DNA from: Octopus vulgaris
Lineage: Eukaryota
DNA length: 64,000 bases
NCBI GenBank assembly: GCA_951406725.2
Contig: OX597821.1
Span: forward strand, 10,044,001 to 10,108,000
Direction of reading: 5' to 3'
The position numbers and the translations under genes were made by a program. Under the pieces are notes generated by a model. It was not told the DNA's origin and ran no database searches. It saw only the letters and a list, made by a program, of their open reading frames with translations. The number at the start of each line of letters is the position of its first letter. The first letter of the stretch is position 1. Of this stretch, positions 12,944 through 27,390 are shown piece by piece.

Positions 12944-15486
12944 TGTGTGTATAGCTCACATAATTCGTCTGTGGCAGACGAGATTGAGAATTTTTATGTA
13001 ACCCTTCGTTCAACTATTGAGCAAGTACCTCTTCATAATTTTCTAGTTATAGCTGGTGATCTGAATGCTAGACTAGGACCCGATGAGACCAAGTTTACTT
13101 TCAACTCTAAAACTAATCGGAACGGAGAAATGCTCAAAGACTTCTGGGAGGAATTTAATCTCTACACTTCCAACAATTCTTATGAAACCAAAAGGTCAAC
13201 TTTGGACATTTGAGTCCTCACTTGATGATAGGGCACAAATTGACAACCTCATCTTTCGAAAGAAATGACGCAATAGTGTTAAAGACTCGGGATCCTACTC
13301 TTCCTTTAGTTCTGTCGGCTCTGACCACAGAATTGTATCAGCTACCGTTAAGCTTAGTCTTCGCTCATCCAAAAAAGCTAAGCTTCACCCGATGATAATG
13401 ATCCACTGGGAGGAAGTCTTATCTAACCCCGATTTGTCCAAACAATTTACTATCGAGGTCTATAACACATTTCAATCTCTGTCTACTTCTGAAATAGATG
13501 CTGAGAACATTGAAGGAGTATACATCAGCCTCATCAAATCAACAGAGGAAGTTGCACTGGCTACTCTTCCCAAAAGGAAGAGTAGGGGCCAGAGCAAACC
13601 TTCTAATTCCCCAAATGTCATCGAAGCCAGAAACCATCTAAAGTCTATATCACTAGCTTACCACCTTTCTCCATCCCAGTCACTGAAGATCCAACTCATA
13701 GCTGCCAAGAAGAATCTTGATGAGGCTTACTTGAACGCCGAGGTCGACTTTATCAATGACAAAATTAGTAAACTATCCAAAGTACACATTAGTAAAAAAC
13801 ACCATCTCGCCTGGAAATCCATCAAAGACCTATCAGGCGAAAATTCTGGGTCATCAATTAGAATTAAAGGGGGATCAGCTAAGAAGCGTTTAGAAAATTG
13901 GTCAACCCATTTTAAAAACCTCCCTGGGAAGAATGCCAAAATCCCTGATAACCCCACTCTTCCAAGTGTGCCAATATCAGACACGCTGGACATCAACACC
14001 TCCCCTTTTACCATATTTGAACTAACAGCAGCCACCAAGCAACTAAAAGCCTCGAAAGCATTTGGTCCCGACAACATCCCAGCTATAATTTGGAAGGATG
14101 ATAGATTTCACACACTTTTGCTCAACCTCTGCAACCACACTTTCCATCTTTGTCGCTCCCAAGATTTGGCACCAATCTCAAATCATTCCAATACCAAAAA
14201 AAGGCCATTTATCCCTCGTCACCAACTACAGGGGTATATCTCTAATGTCAAATGCTGCAAAACGGTACAACAAACTGATCCTAAATCGTCTTGTCCTTTT
14301 TGTTGAACCTTTGCTCCGAAAGAACCAAAATGGATTCAGACATGGGCGCTCAACGCTGAGCCAGATACTATGCCTACGCAGACTTATTGAAGACACAAAA
14401 GCATTTAATCGCGATCTTGCAATGGTATTTGTAGACTTTTCTAAAGCGTTCGATTCTGTAGATAGGTACAAGATGTTTGAAATCCTTAAGCTCTATGGGA
14501 TACCAGACAAAATCATTTCTGCCATCAAGGTCCTCTACACAGATACGTCTTCAACCATCTTAACCCCTGACGGAGAAACATCATCTTTCTCAATCAAAGC
14601 CGGAATACTGCAGGGAGACACACTCGCCCCATTTCTTTTCATCATTGTTGTTGATTATGTGCTACGTATGTCAGTTGATACCAACTCTGGCAAGGGTTTT
14701 GAAATAAAACCAAGAAGAAGTTCCAGACACCCAGCTGAGTACTTGACAGACACTGACTTTGCTGACGACATCGCTCTTATCAGTGATTCTCTCTCCAATG
14801 CCCAGTCTCTTTTACAATCTCTTGAACAAGCCTCAAATTGTGTAGGGCCTTACCTCAATGAGGCCAAAACTGAATACACAAACAAGTGCCTGTCCAACAG
14901 TCATTGCATCATCCATACTCTCAACAATGCGCCCTTAAATATGGTTTCTGATTATAAATATATTGGGTCATACATATCATCATCTGGAAAAGACTTTCTA
15001 ACTAGAAAGTGTATGGTCTGGTCAGCATGTAATGACATGCATAAGATCTGGTCATCAAATCTAAGTAGAGACTTCAAACTTGAAATCTTCAAAGCCACAG
15101 TCGAATCAATTCTACTATATGGCTCAGAAACCTGGACGTTATCAAAGAAGCTTGAGAGGCGGTTGGATGGAACCTACACTCGCCTCCTTATGAGAGCTCA
15201 AAATCTCTCGTGGAAGCGCCATCCAACCAAAATGCAAATATATGGGAAACTACCACCTGTGTCATCTCTTGTGAAAGGTAGGAGAGTCCAGTTTGCTGGA
15301 CATTGTTGTAGAGCTGAAAAAGAAGTAATTTCTACCAGAGGGCGCACACTCTCCTACCCTGATGTAATCTCCAGGGATACAGGCATCCAGCAACAGGACC
15401 TCCGTAATGCCATGATGGACCGTGAAGTCTGGCGTAGCATGGTAAATTCCATTGTCTCGACCACGGTCGAACAATGATGATGATGA
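12944..15486 (+). mobile_element. RTE-clade LINE, duplicate copy
   Basis: Same ORF pieces, frameshifts and truncation point as 105-2647. Confidence 0.95.
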
Positions 15487-16010
15487 GAAGGACAAAGCGA
15501 TAGTGCTTTCTGCTTAATATGTGTGTGTATATGTGGTGTGAGTGTTTGCGTGCGGTACGGTGTGTATGTATGGTAGCATGTGTGTGTGTGTGACAGTAAA
15601 TTCGTGTGTGTGTGTGTGTGTGTTCAGTGTGTGTTATTAACTGTGTGTGTGTTATTAATTGTGTGAGTGTGCGTGGTATTATCTGCTGTCTGTGTTTGCC
15701 TATATGTGTGTATTCTGTGTGCGTGTGTAGAGGGATCTGTGCTTGTGTCTTACTCTCACTCTGAGAGGTCAGCAGCTATGGTGACAGGTATGTGAATGGG
15801 TGGTTGTGGAAGTGTGTGAGAGTGTGCTTAGAGAAAAAGGTTAATAGTGAGCCTGAAGCAATCGGAATGATGAGTGAATGTTTGGGTGTGGCTGTGTGTG
15901 TGTGTTTGGCATGTGTGCTTAGACCAAGTGGAATGTGTATATGTGTATATAAGATTTTTATTAATCACAATTGTTTCGATACATCTAGCATCAGTCCCTT
16001 ACGGTTGGTA

Positions 16011-16240
16011 TACTCTTTTACTCTTTTAATCTTTTACTTGTTTCAGTCATTTGACTGCGGCCATGCTGGAGCACCACCTTTAGTTGAGCAAATCGACCCC
16101 TGCACTTATTCTTTGTAAGCCCAGTACTTATTCTATCGGTCTCTTTAGCCGAACCGCTAAGTGACAGGGATGTAAACACACCAGCATCGGTGTCAAGCAA
16201 TGCTAGGGGGACAAACACAGACACACAAACACACACACAT

Positions 16241-16273
<33 letters not shown>

Positions 16274-16445
16274 CATATAAACGACAGGCTTCTTTCAGTC
16301 TCTGTCTACCAAATCCACTCACAAGGCATTGGTCGGCCCGGGGCTATAGCAGAAGACACTTGCCCAAGATGCCACGCAGTGGGACTAAACCCGGAACCAT
16401 GTGGCTGGTTAGCAAGCTACTTACCACACAGCCACTCCTGCGCCT
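16011..16445 (-). mobile_element. tRNA-derived SINE, duplicate copy
   Basis: Copy of 3172-3608. Confidence 0.85.
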
Positions 16446-17506
16446 ATCTTCATTCATATACAAGATAAGACAATAAAATAACATATGAAAAACAGAAACG
16501 AACAAACAATACAGCGAGAAATGTATTAAAGATAAACGATAACGGATATGGATGTATAAACGCTCACGAGTAAAGTTGATGGCGCATGTACACTCTGTCA
16601 CACAAGCATCTACGAAGAGGTACGCATCTGCACACGTAGGGTTTTGGTGTGCACACGTTCACATAGCGAGTTAAATCACTACTTGGTGTTAATAAGACTG
16701 GGGGACAATAAAGCTAAACTTAATTCATCCATACATTAAAGTAAATTATGTTAACAGGTACTCAACGTGCCATGTCCATCTGTGTCGGTATAATTGGCTG
16801 CGTTGTGGCGATATTTGGTACAAAACCACAGAAATTTGAGTTTGAAGTGTTTCTTCTATTGGTCGACGCAGTGGTGGTAGCATTGGTCAATAGCTGCGGT
16901 TGTTCTTCGGTATGTAGTGTCAGTGATTGAAAACCAGAAAGGACAAAGCTAATTCTAAGACTACAGGCTTAACCCATCTCTGGAATTGTAAAAATCAGTA
17001 AAACTTTCTAGAAGTGTATCATTTAGATATATATGTGCATGTTAAGGTATGTAACTATAAGCATACGAACACATACGTAATACAAAACATACAAATCTGC
17101 ACATATACATACATATCTGTTGTTGATGCTGAAATTTCAATGAAGGAGACTTCGATCTAGGTTAGGAACCGACGTTTTATCTATTGACAAGAAATATTGA
17201 AACGAGACTGAACACTGACATACATATATGCATACATACATACATACATACATACATGCATACATATATACATACATACATACATACATACATACATACA
17301 TACATACATACATACATGTATGTATGCCAAAGATTCCTTTAAGTTTTCGCCGACACTAAATTTGAAGCACTATAATAAATAGGTAACTTCATTTTGTCCC
17401 TTGCACATAAGTACTTGTTAGATACTTGAATCTCTGAGGTCGTTCAACGCAAACCTTCGACATGAGAGCTGGTCATTTGTTCGATTGTAATCATCGTGAA
17501 AATTTA

Positions 17507-18288
17507 GAAACATATGAACGTTGCTGGAGCTCATGTCATTTTATTTTAAGAAAAAAGACAAGGCAGCAGCGAAAAGCATGAGCAAGTTGTGTGCTGCGTA
17601 CGAAGAAAATGCTGTTACGTAACGTGTGTACCAGAAGTGGTTGGAAAGTTTTGATCGGGTAAATTTCCGTTTCAAGTTGCACCTCACTCTGGTGGTTTAC
17701 CTGAGATTAAAAGCGACACTAATCCTCGTTATACGGCACGGCCTCGAAGACCTTAGGCATTCCCATAATAACGAAACTGAAATTCAAAAACCAATAGCCA
17801 AACTGAAAGTCGAAAAACAATCTACATCATAGTGTTTTCTGCTGTAGATTGGATATTTGATTCCCACACCAATTCAATGAGGCGACGATGTTCTAACATA
17901 TACCTATTTGTGTTTCTTTGCAGGAGAGTAACGAAAGTGAACCATTTAATAATGCTGAGAAACTATAGCAATGAGAAATTCAAACAATCACGGAGGAAGC
18001 ACGGCCAACCACTACAATCAACATCCAAGCCAACAATCCATTCTGAGCGGGTTATGCTTTCAAATTGGTGAGACTGTAAAGGGTGATTTCCCTCCCAAAA
18101 TTTTTCCCAAGATCTGGGTCATCAATGTGGGTGTGTACATTGGCCACTTGGAAAAATTAAAACCTGCAGTGTTGCTTATTAGAAGTGCATTGTCTATACT
18201 CACGACACTGTTAGACCGCACATTTACTTGCAGATGGCGCAAAAGTTACTGGGAAGTTTTGCTCCAGCTTCAATATCCGCCTGACCTA
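17507..18288 (+). pseudogene. Degenerate mariner relic, duplicate copy
   Basis: Copy of 4670-5450. Confidence 0.75.
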
Positions 18289-20051
18289 GTATATTTGTTG
18301 TTGTTGTTGTTGTTGTGTGTGTGTGTGTGAGGATGTTGCAGTGTGTTCACGCAAAAAGAAAATGCCCCTAATGATATATCTCTGGCCGAATAACAAAGTA
18401 CATCTATTTCTCAACGACTTTTAAGCAATGCATTGGAAGTACATTGAATCAAATTTAATATTTTTCAACGAAAACTGATTTTCGTCGTTTATACAATAAA
18501 CTTCATCCAGTAATATATAAATATAGTATAAATTGTTTTCTAATATATTCTCAAATTTTAGATATTGTTGGACTACCGTGAAACAGATCAACGAATAAAA
18601 CAATATGCTAAATATATATGCCAGTACTATATAAACAATTTTCAAAGTGATACATAATATACAGATCTCAATATATTTGAAGTCTGTATTTACGTTCTAC
18701 GTTGATAAAATTTAAAAGAATAAAACATATATTCTTTTCCATATCAATTTGTATGCGCACATATATATGTGTTTATGTCGGAATGTGTATGTGTCCATAT
18801 GTGTGAGTTTGTGCGTAGGTGTTTGTGTGTGTCAGTGTGTGTTTCTGTGTGTATAATTAACTTTAGTTTGACTGTTCTTTTTCTTATTTCATATTTACTT
18901 ATTTCTTTTAAATAATGATAATATAACAACTACATATGCGAATGTCGACGTTACTTAATCTCCCGGCTGGATTACTGAATTATAATTTTAGATCTATTTA
19001 TTCATGGAAATCGTATAATTGTTTAGGGCTAGAAAGGTTTCTTTTGAAACAAATCAGTTTTCCTCTATACAGGCAAATAGGAATTTAGAAACCAGGCAGA
19101 GATAAATATCAACGTATAAATAGGGAGCGGTAGAGAAAGATAGGATGAGAGAGAAACATTGGGAGAGGTGGTGTTGGTTTCAGAAAGATAAGATTTAGGA
19201 TACAAGAATATATAGAATTTACTTCTTCATTACTAAATAAAGTTGAAGAGGGTACACTTCACTAATAAAGTGTTTTGCAATGCTAAGTCTTGCTCAAGAA
19301 TATAATGCGACGCTGAATTGAAACTCAGGATATGTCAGCCGTGTCCCTTAGCGATGTCTCTTACCTGAGGTGTTTCATTATAATCATTTCTGAAGGGCAT
19401 CAAAACATGTATTTTTGATATGTGAAATATTATTCTTAATACATGTATAATAAATATATTGATTAATCCTCAGAAAACATTACCTGACAATACAATTAAC
19501 AAGTATTGAGAAAGCTAGATTCTCGTGTTGCTGGTAAATTGAGTGCTGACTGACTTCAAAAACACCAGATTACTTCTGAATTTCAAAATGAAAATGGAAC
19601 CTCTTCTAGATGGGGTAGTTATGCGAAACATTGAAGTCCTGACCACTTCAAAGTTATTTGTAAAAATTATATCCAGAAGCGCATACAGTTAAAAAAGAAC
19701 AATATGGTTGACCCTGTTATATGGGAATACATTACATTTTTTTTAAAAGCAGCGTTAGTGGCTGTGTGGTAAGTAGCTTCCTTACCAGCCACATGGTTCC
19801 GGGTTCAGTCCTACTGCGTGGCACCTTATAGGGTCGACCAAAGCTTTGTGAGTGGATTTGGTAGACGGAAACTGAAAGAAGCATGTCGTATATATGTATA
19901 TATATATATGTATGTGTGTGTGATTGTGTGTATGTGTTTGTCCCACTAGCATTGCTTGACAACCGATGCTGGCGTGTTTATGTTCCCGTCACTTAGCGGT
20001 TCGGCAAAACAACCGATTGAATAAGTACTGGGCTTACAAAGAATAAGTGCC

Positions 20052-21978
20052 GGTTAATATAGGGCGTTACGATTATCAGAAAATCAAAAAAAAATGTGTG
20101 TAATAGGTGTAAAACAACTTCCTATGAACGAATATGAAAAAAAGAATTCGCGCACGCGAAAGGGGGTGGGGGAGAGGCCTCGGAAAATTCACATCGGGAA
20201 GTTCCGAAAGCGTCTGAGGAGCTGACCCGGGCACCAAAACAAAAAAAAAATAGTGTAATATGTGTAAAACAACTTGCTCTAAACGAATATGACAAAAAAA
20301 ATGCGCTCTCGCGAAAGAGGGGTGGGGGACAGGCCTCGGAAAATTTATATCGGGAATTTCCGAAAGCGTCTGAACCGGGCACAAAAACAAAAACAAAAAC
20401 AGCGTAATAGGTGTAAAACAACTTGCTCTAAACGACTATCATGAAAAAAATGCGCGCTCGCGAAAGGGGGTGGGGGAGAGGCTTCCGAAATTTCACATCT
20501 TCAGTCCACGGCCTTTAAACTAAGAAAAAATAGTGTAATTGGTGTAAAACTACTTGTTCTAAACGAGTATCAAGAACACCCACTCACACATGAATCATAA
20601 ACTCCGTATTTTTGTACATATTTCGCAAAAAAAAAATAAATAAGGAGAAGAAATTCTGGAAAAAGTGAAGAAATGTTGGATCTCATTCCTTGGTTAAAGC
20701 TATTTTAAACATTAAATTTATGCTTTTCTTTGAAATAGTTCAGATATATGCAATTCTTCTCACTTATTAAGATGCATTTATCAGAAAAAAAGAGACAGAA
20801 AAAATTATTATTTTGTGTCAATCCTTCCCTAATTATCCTTTATTAATTAGTTTTGGCGTGTATTTTTTTCCCAAATTTATTTTTTCACCTTTACAACACT
20901 GTTTAGTAAAGCAATTAATTATCTTTATAATTTGCATATTTGACTTATTAATCAAAATTCTCTAGATGTAATATATACTAAGTAATGCATCCTTCATTTA
21001 TGTGTTCCGTTCTGTATTATGCATGCGTGACTGTTTGTATGTGTGTTTAACTGTGCACATGAATGTGAATATTAAAGAACATATTTATTTACTATGATTG
21101 TTATTTTCAGAACAAATAAATCTTTTGGCTGTTATGTTATTGATGTTATTATTATTGCTAGTTAAAGGGTGGTGACTTGGCTGAATATTTTGAGTCTTGT
21201 AGTATGTAGTTGTGTTAGTCAATATTCTGAGTTCAAATCCAACTCATTTCTTTATCATCATTATCGATGGACCACTCAAAGAGGTATGTATACATTATCA
21301 TTTTCGTAACATAATTTCTGTAGTATTTCAAGATGTTTCTGACACGTATTTTGATTCACATGGCGGAGATCCAACATTTCTTCACTTTTTCCAGAATTTC
21401 TTCTCTTTATTTTTTTTTTTTTGCGAAATATGATTTTATGATTCATGTGTGAGTGTGTGTTCTTGATACTCGTTTAGTACAAGTAGTTTTACACCAATTA
21501 CACTATTTTTTCTTAGTTTAAAGTCCGTGGACTGAAGATGTGAAATTTCCGAATCCTCTCCCCCACCCCCCTTTCGCGCGCGCGCATTTTTTTCATGATA
21601 GTCGTTTAGAGCAAATTGTTTTACACCTATTACGCTGTTTTTGTTTTTGTGCCCGGTTCAGACGCTTTCGGAAATTCCCGATATAAATTTTCCGAGGCCT
21701 CTCCCCCACCCCTCTTTCGCGAGAGCGCATTTTTTTGTCATATTCGTTTAGAGCAAGTTCTTTTACACATATTACACTATTTTTTTTTGTTTTGGTGCCC
21801 GGGTCAGTCCCTCAGACGCTTTCGGAACTTCCCGATGTGAATTTTCCGAGGCCTCTCCCCCACCCCCCTTTCGCGCGCGCGAATTTTTTTTTCATATTCG
21901 TTCATAGGAAGTTGTTTTACACCTATTACACACATTTGTTTTTTGATTTTCTGATAATCGTAACGCCCTATATTAACC
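20052..21978. mobile_element. Foldback element, duplicate copy (inside SINE 19748-22072)
   Basis: Copy of 7214-9141. Confidence 0.85.
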
Positions 21979-23983
21979 TAAGTTCCGGGGTCGAGTTGCC
22001 CGATTAAAGGCGGTGCTCCAGCATGGCCGCACTCAAATGACTGAAACAAATAAAAGAGTAAAAGAGAAAGAGTTAGTATATTGGTGTACTAAACTTTCTG
22101 GAACATTAAGTCAAAGAAAATGTTGGTTTCAAATTCTGACATAAGGCCAGGTGTTTCTGGGGAATTGGTAATTATTGGACATCGATCTGAGTAATCGACT
22201 AGTACTTATGTTATCGACCCTGAAATGGTGCATAGTAAAGCCGACCTCCGCGAAATTTAAACTCAGAATGTAAAGACCGGCAAATTGGCGCGAAACACTT
22301 TGCCCGACGTAGTAATGATTCTCTCAATCACAGCCTTGGTGATAGAAACATTAAAAAAGGGAGTCACGACCACGAGAAACTCTTACTCCATTTGCTACCA
22401 TATGACTGACAACAGTGAAAGCTGAGAAAATATATGATCATAGCAACAAGACAAAGAGCAAGAGAAATAATACTACAAGAAACCAAAGGCATGCATCTAC
22501 ACATTTCGACCCGGTAAAAATGAAAAGGAAAGCATTAGAATTCCAAAATATCCAACATGAATGAGACAGCGCCATCCTAACAAAAGCCAAAGTATTTGAG
22601 AGAATGGATATACTTTTATCCATCACTTACAAAATCAGTACAAGTAAAATGAACAGTCAATTACCGCAACCAACACTCACCTGCAGCAGCAACAACCCCA
22701 TAACAACCAACAACAATTATGTTGCAAACACAAGCACAACCTAACTCATACACTCACAGTCGGAATATCACCCTCCCAAAAAAAGCATTAATGTTACCGC
22801 CCTAAAGGCAAGGAGAAATATAATTGACCAGTCAGATATATATTCATACAAGCATAGCACAAAAACTACATGAAAAGTTACCTAACTTCAAGCTTTAAAA
22901 ATGTTCTGATAGCACCAAATGTCAAGATTATAGGAAAACTATAAAACAGTCTCGAAGAATTCGAATTCGAAAGGAGTATTAACAAAACTATATACTCCTA
23001 GAACTGGGAAGAAGGAGGGGAACACTTGTATTTTAAAAGGATAATTTATTAGCGCCGCTTACTTTCCTCCATTCAATTACTACGGCCTTAGGCAGAATAA
23101 GTAATGTGATATACGTGGGCTGGACCCCCGCTTGCAGGCAGGGCAATTTACTCAACAATTTCAGATCAATAGTACGAAATTTTAAATACCACCATTTAGG
23201 TGGCTTCGGATGGTATGTAACCATGTTTACCAACATCTGGCGTGGACATCTGCCCGTAAAACTGATACCAGTGGTTATCGGAGCGTTGGGCTCAATTCCA
23301 TTGAAACTTCAAGACTTCTTCAGGCAACTGGAAATCCCATGCAAGATTGACGTCTTGCAAAAAGCAGCTTTATTGGACACAGCATACATCTTAAAGGAAA
23401 GTATTATTTGTCTTAGTTCCTTATTGTGACTTAGCAGAAAACTAAATTTTTGCCTACACCGTGTTATGCAGATACCACAACAACAACAACAACAACAGCA
23501 GCAGCAGCAACAACAACAAGACCACACAGACAGTGGAAGCCTCCACCAAAGCAACACCAACATCCTCTCTACTATTAGCTGGAAATAATTTTTTAAATGA
23601 GAATAACTAAAATTAATTCGACTGCTCTGAGAAACGAGAATACTAAAAATAAACCTGGCCGTTCTCGAAAAGGTAAAAAAAAAAAAACCGGAAAAATTAT
23701 CCACAATCCTTGTCCTGTATCTGACGTATCACAATGGTAATCGTGGACTGTGAAGGTGAATGTGTGGGGGTGCGTGTTTGTAATGCTGTGTGTGTGTGTA
23801 TCCTCTGCAGTGGGAACGGGGGCAGTTTTCTCAATCAGTTTGTGCCAGTCACAAAACTAAACATCCCTGAATGTTTCATCCGAATTCATCAAGCGGTTCT
23901 CAAGTTATCTTGTCAACGGACAAACAAACACGAATGAAAATAATACCTCTAAGACGGCTGTAATAATGATGATGATGATATTA

Positions 23984-24057
<74 letters not shown>

Positions 24058-24082
24058 ATTATCATTATTATTATTATTTTTA

Positions 24083-24129
<47 letters not shown>

Positions 24130-24133
24130 TTTA

Positions 24134-24183
<50 letters not shown>

Positions 24184-24308
24184 TTTATCATTATTATCAT
24201 TATTATTATTATTATCATTATTTTTATCATTATTATCATTATTATTATTATCATTATTATTATTATTATTTTTATCATTATTATCATTATTATTATTATT
24301 ATTATTAA

Positions 24309-24388
<80 letters not shown>

Positions 24389-24405
24389 GTAGTAGTAGTA
24401 GTAGC

Positions 24406-24442
<37 letters not shown>

Positions 24443-25024
24443 ATAGTAGTAGTAGTAGTACTAGCAGTAGTAGTTCATTTTCAATTATTTACATTTTTCG
24501 CCAACAATCCGAGGAAATGGACTGAGAATCTATGAATATTTTTTTTTCAAAGACGGGAGAAAATAATGTGAATAATAGAACATTGCATCGACACAATTCA
24601 CAGAAAATATCTGACAAGAGGCATGATAAAATATCGTGTGTAGCGACTCCCACGCTAAATAAATAGGAATACCGTAATGAGAGGAGAAAAAAACAAAAAC
24701 AAATATTAAATTACAGACGAGTATAGCAAATACTGATATAGAAATTTCTCGAGATAGATGAAAATCCATTCTGTGCATTGATATTTGAGCGTAGTTTTGG
24801 AAAATTTACTTTGTGTAGTTTATCTGTGGAATGAAACGAAATTCAAAACTAACTGCTATGCTGATAATAGTGTTATGAGGTCTAATGATGCAATTTTATT
24901 TCGGGTTGCAGTATAATAAGCAAAACACATGAAATGCCAAACGTCAGACAAACATTTAAAGAATAAATTGACATTGTGTATGTGTATGCATATATATATA
25001 GTAACAGAAAAGAGGAATTTCAGT

Positions 25025-25057
<33 letters not shown>

Positions 25058-27009
25058 AAATGTTTGCTTTTAGCACTGAGTTGATTGAATTATTGCTGGC
25101 GTCAACAACAAATGCCGAAAGTACGATAGGATATAGTAGATAACTATATAAAGCAAGCAGGAGAGGGAGAGAGAAAGGGAGAAAGAGAGACGGAGAAAGA
25201 GAAGGAGAGAGAAAGGAAGAGCAAGCAATAAATTTTGAAATATGGGGAGATACACACAAATGCTGGAACACAGTAAAAAATTAGATTCTTAAAGGCGTTT
25301 ATTGAGATGGGCTGTACATATGAAAGTATCGTCACGTAGTTTAACACCACCTCCTAAAACAATATGCCTTTAACGAAATTCCGGGGATTGAAGCATTTAG
25401 GGCAGGCATAAAAGTTGCCTTTCGTTTTACTGCACTCCACTGGCGAAGCCCATGGATACTTTCATATATACAGCCTTTCTGAATTGCCTAGCGATAGCAA
25501 TTCGATTTTTTTCATTTCAGAATGGAAAGAGCGCAAACGAATACGGCAACTCGTTAGTTCAGATGTTCTATCATTGAAATTCAGTTTCTCTTAATTGATA
25601 CTTTTCTCTCCACTGCTAACTGGCCAAACGTGCAGATAACCTCGGTGAGATTGGAATCAAGGGTGTGGTGTATCTGAATATGAATTGCTTTCTGATTAAG
25701 GGTTAATGCTAAAAGACGAAGTTCACTTCAGCTTGATTTGAATTCAAAATCTAACAGGGAGGAAATAATAACGTCAACATTATGTCATGATCTTTATCGA
25801 CTCCAACTCTTCTGAAATAGTAATGTCAGGCATACTATCAATCAAATATGCTAATTGGTGTTTACCACCAATTGCAGAGTGAAACAAGTTAGTAGGAAAG
25901 AGTGAGTCTGTGTTCTAATGGAGAGATGAAAGCCTCCGATATTTCTGCACCATTGAAACACATCGATGCAGATAACTACATAAATGTGTTTATGTATGTA
26001 TTAATAAAATACGCCGTTACGTATATTTGTGCATGTAATGAGATTGTATAACTTATACATACTTCGATTTCTGTTGATCGGTATGTGCACATGAAACAGA
26101 TATATATTCATATATCGCGTGTGATATATTTGTATATATTTCAACATTTGTTTGCAGTGTGTGTATTTATTCTGTATATTCTGCGAACCTTGAGTGCTTT
26201 ATGTCAGTACGTTATTCAAAATCAATAAGAGACAAAAGCTAAAATAGAATATCTATAGAAACGTGTGGAATTAAAACAATATATATGAAGGCTATTATAT
26301 ATACTCTAGTATATTTTTGGCATACAATCGTTATTATGAAAATACATTCTAGAAACAGGGATTATTAGACATTCTCATTGAGATTGATACAAATAACATA
26401 AATTAAAACAATAGATATTGGTCTATTTAGAACAGGCATAGTGATATATATTCCTAAGAGATAATGACATATGATCATTGTGTAGAAAAATTCATGTAAT
26501 TTCTTGATTTTATCGAAAATACTTTGTCTCATTGAAGAGTAATAACTCGCAAGAATGGCGTCGATTTATTTACTAAAAACTTGCGTAATCTACTCGAAAA
26601 TAGATTCATTTAACCATTACATTTATCGAAGTATGTTTTGTTTTAAAATTAAGCTATCATCCCATGAATGTCTGTCACCAACATGAGACCTAGGAAAAAT
26701 GAGGCAGAATTTGTCAAGCAACCATGACACCTGGAAATTCAAATATATAAAACCAATAGTCTATGCTTTATCACGCACGTTTCAATATTTTCTGTTCAGA
26801 TGGATGTGAACTTGAATTACTATCGGGTTAAGCAATCAGTTATCTTCTTAGCGACTAGAACTGAGGGTATATTTTCTATATTTTCTTATTTTTCTTTGTA
26901 TTTGTTAATGCGGCGTAGGGAATGAAAAATCTAACTCGCTATTTTCAATTTGGTTATTATGCTTCACGTTACAAACAGTTGTCTGTATTGATTACAGACC
27001 AAATGATTA

Positions 27010-27390
27010 CTATCAGGAATAGAAGCCGCCGAAATGGAATTCCTCCAAAGGGTCACAGAAACAAGTCTGCGTGATCGGGTGCATAGCACGCACATCAGAA
27101 TGCCATAGCAGCTGCAAGTAAAACCTTTACTGTGCCACGGGAATCTATTTAGCGCGTCTGCAGAAAGACTCGAAGGACAGATTTCACGAGCATCACCAAA
27201 CGGCCGGAGACGTAGGACTGGACCACGATCAAGGCGATTATACGATATTCTTAACCTCGGTTGGGCTCACTTAGGAAGCCAGTCAGAATACATGCAGCCG
27301 TTTATTTCTGATAGGAACTTTTAGATTGCACCCTGGGGACATGGCCTTCACGTTCATCGGAGGATTCTTGATCTAAGAAGAAAGATGCAG
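27010..27390 (+). mobile_element. RTE-clade LINE 3' fragment (different family)
   Basis: Translates RIEAAEMEFLQRVTETSLRDRVHSTHIR and later GRRRRTG, typical of RTE C-termini. Confidence 0.7.

Larger units (their letters stand above)
12749..25583. repeat. Tandem segmental duplication, copy B (~12.84 kb)
   Basis: Identity to copy A ends at ...CATTGAAATTCA (12748 and 25583). It is followed by CTTTTG in A and GTTTCT in B. Confidence 0.97.
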
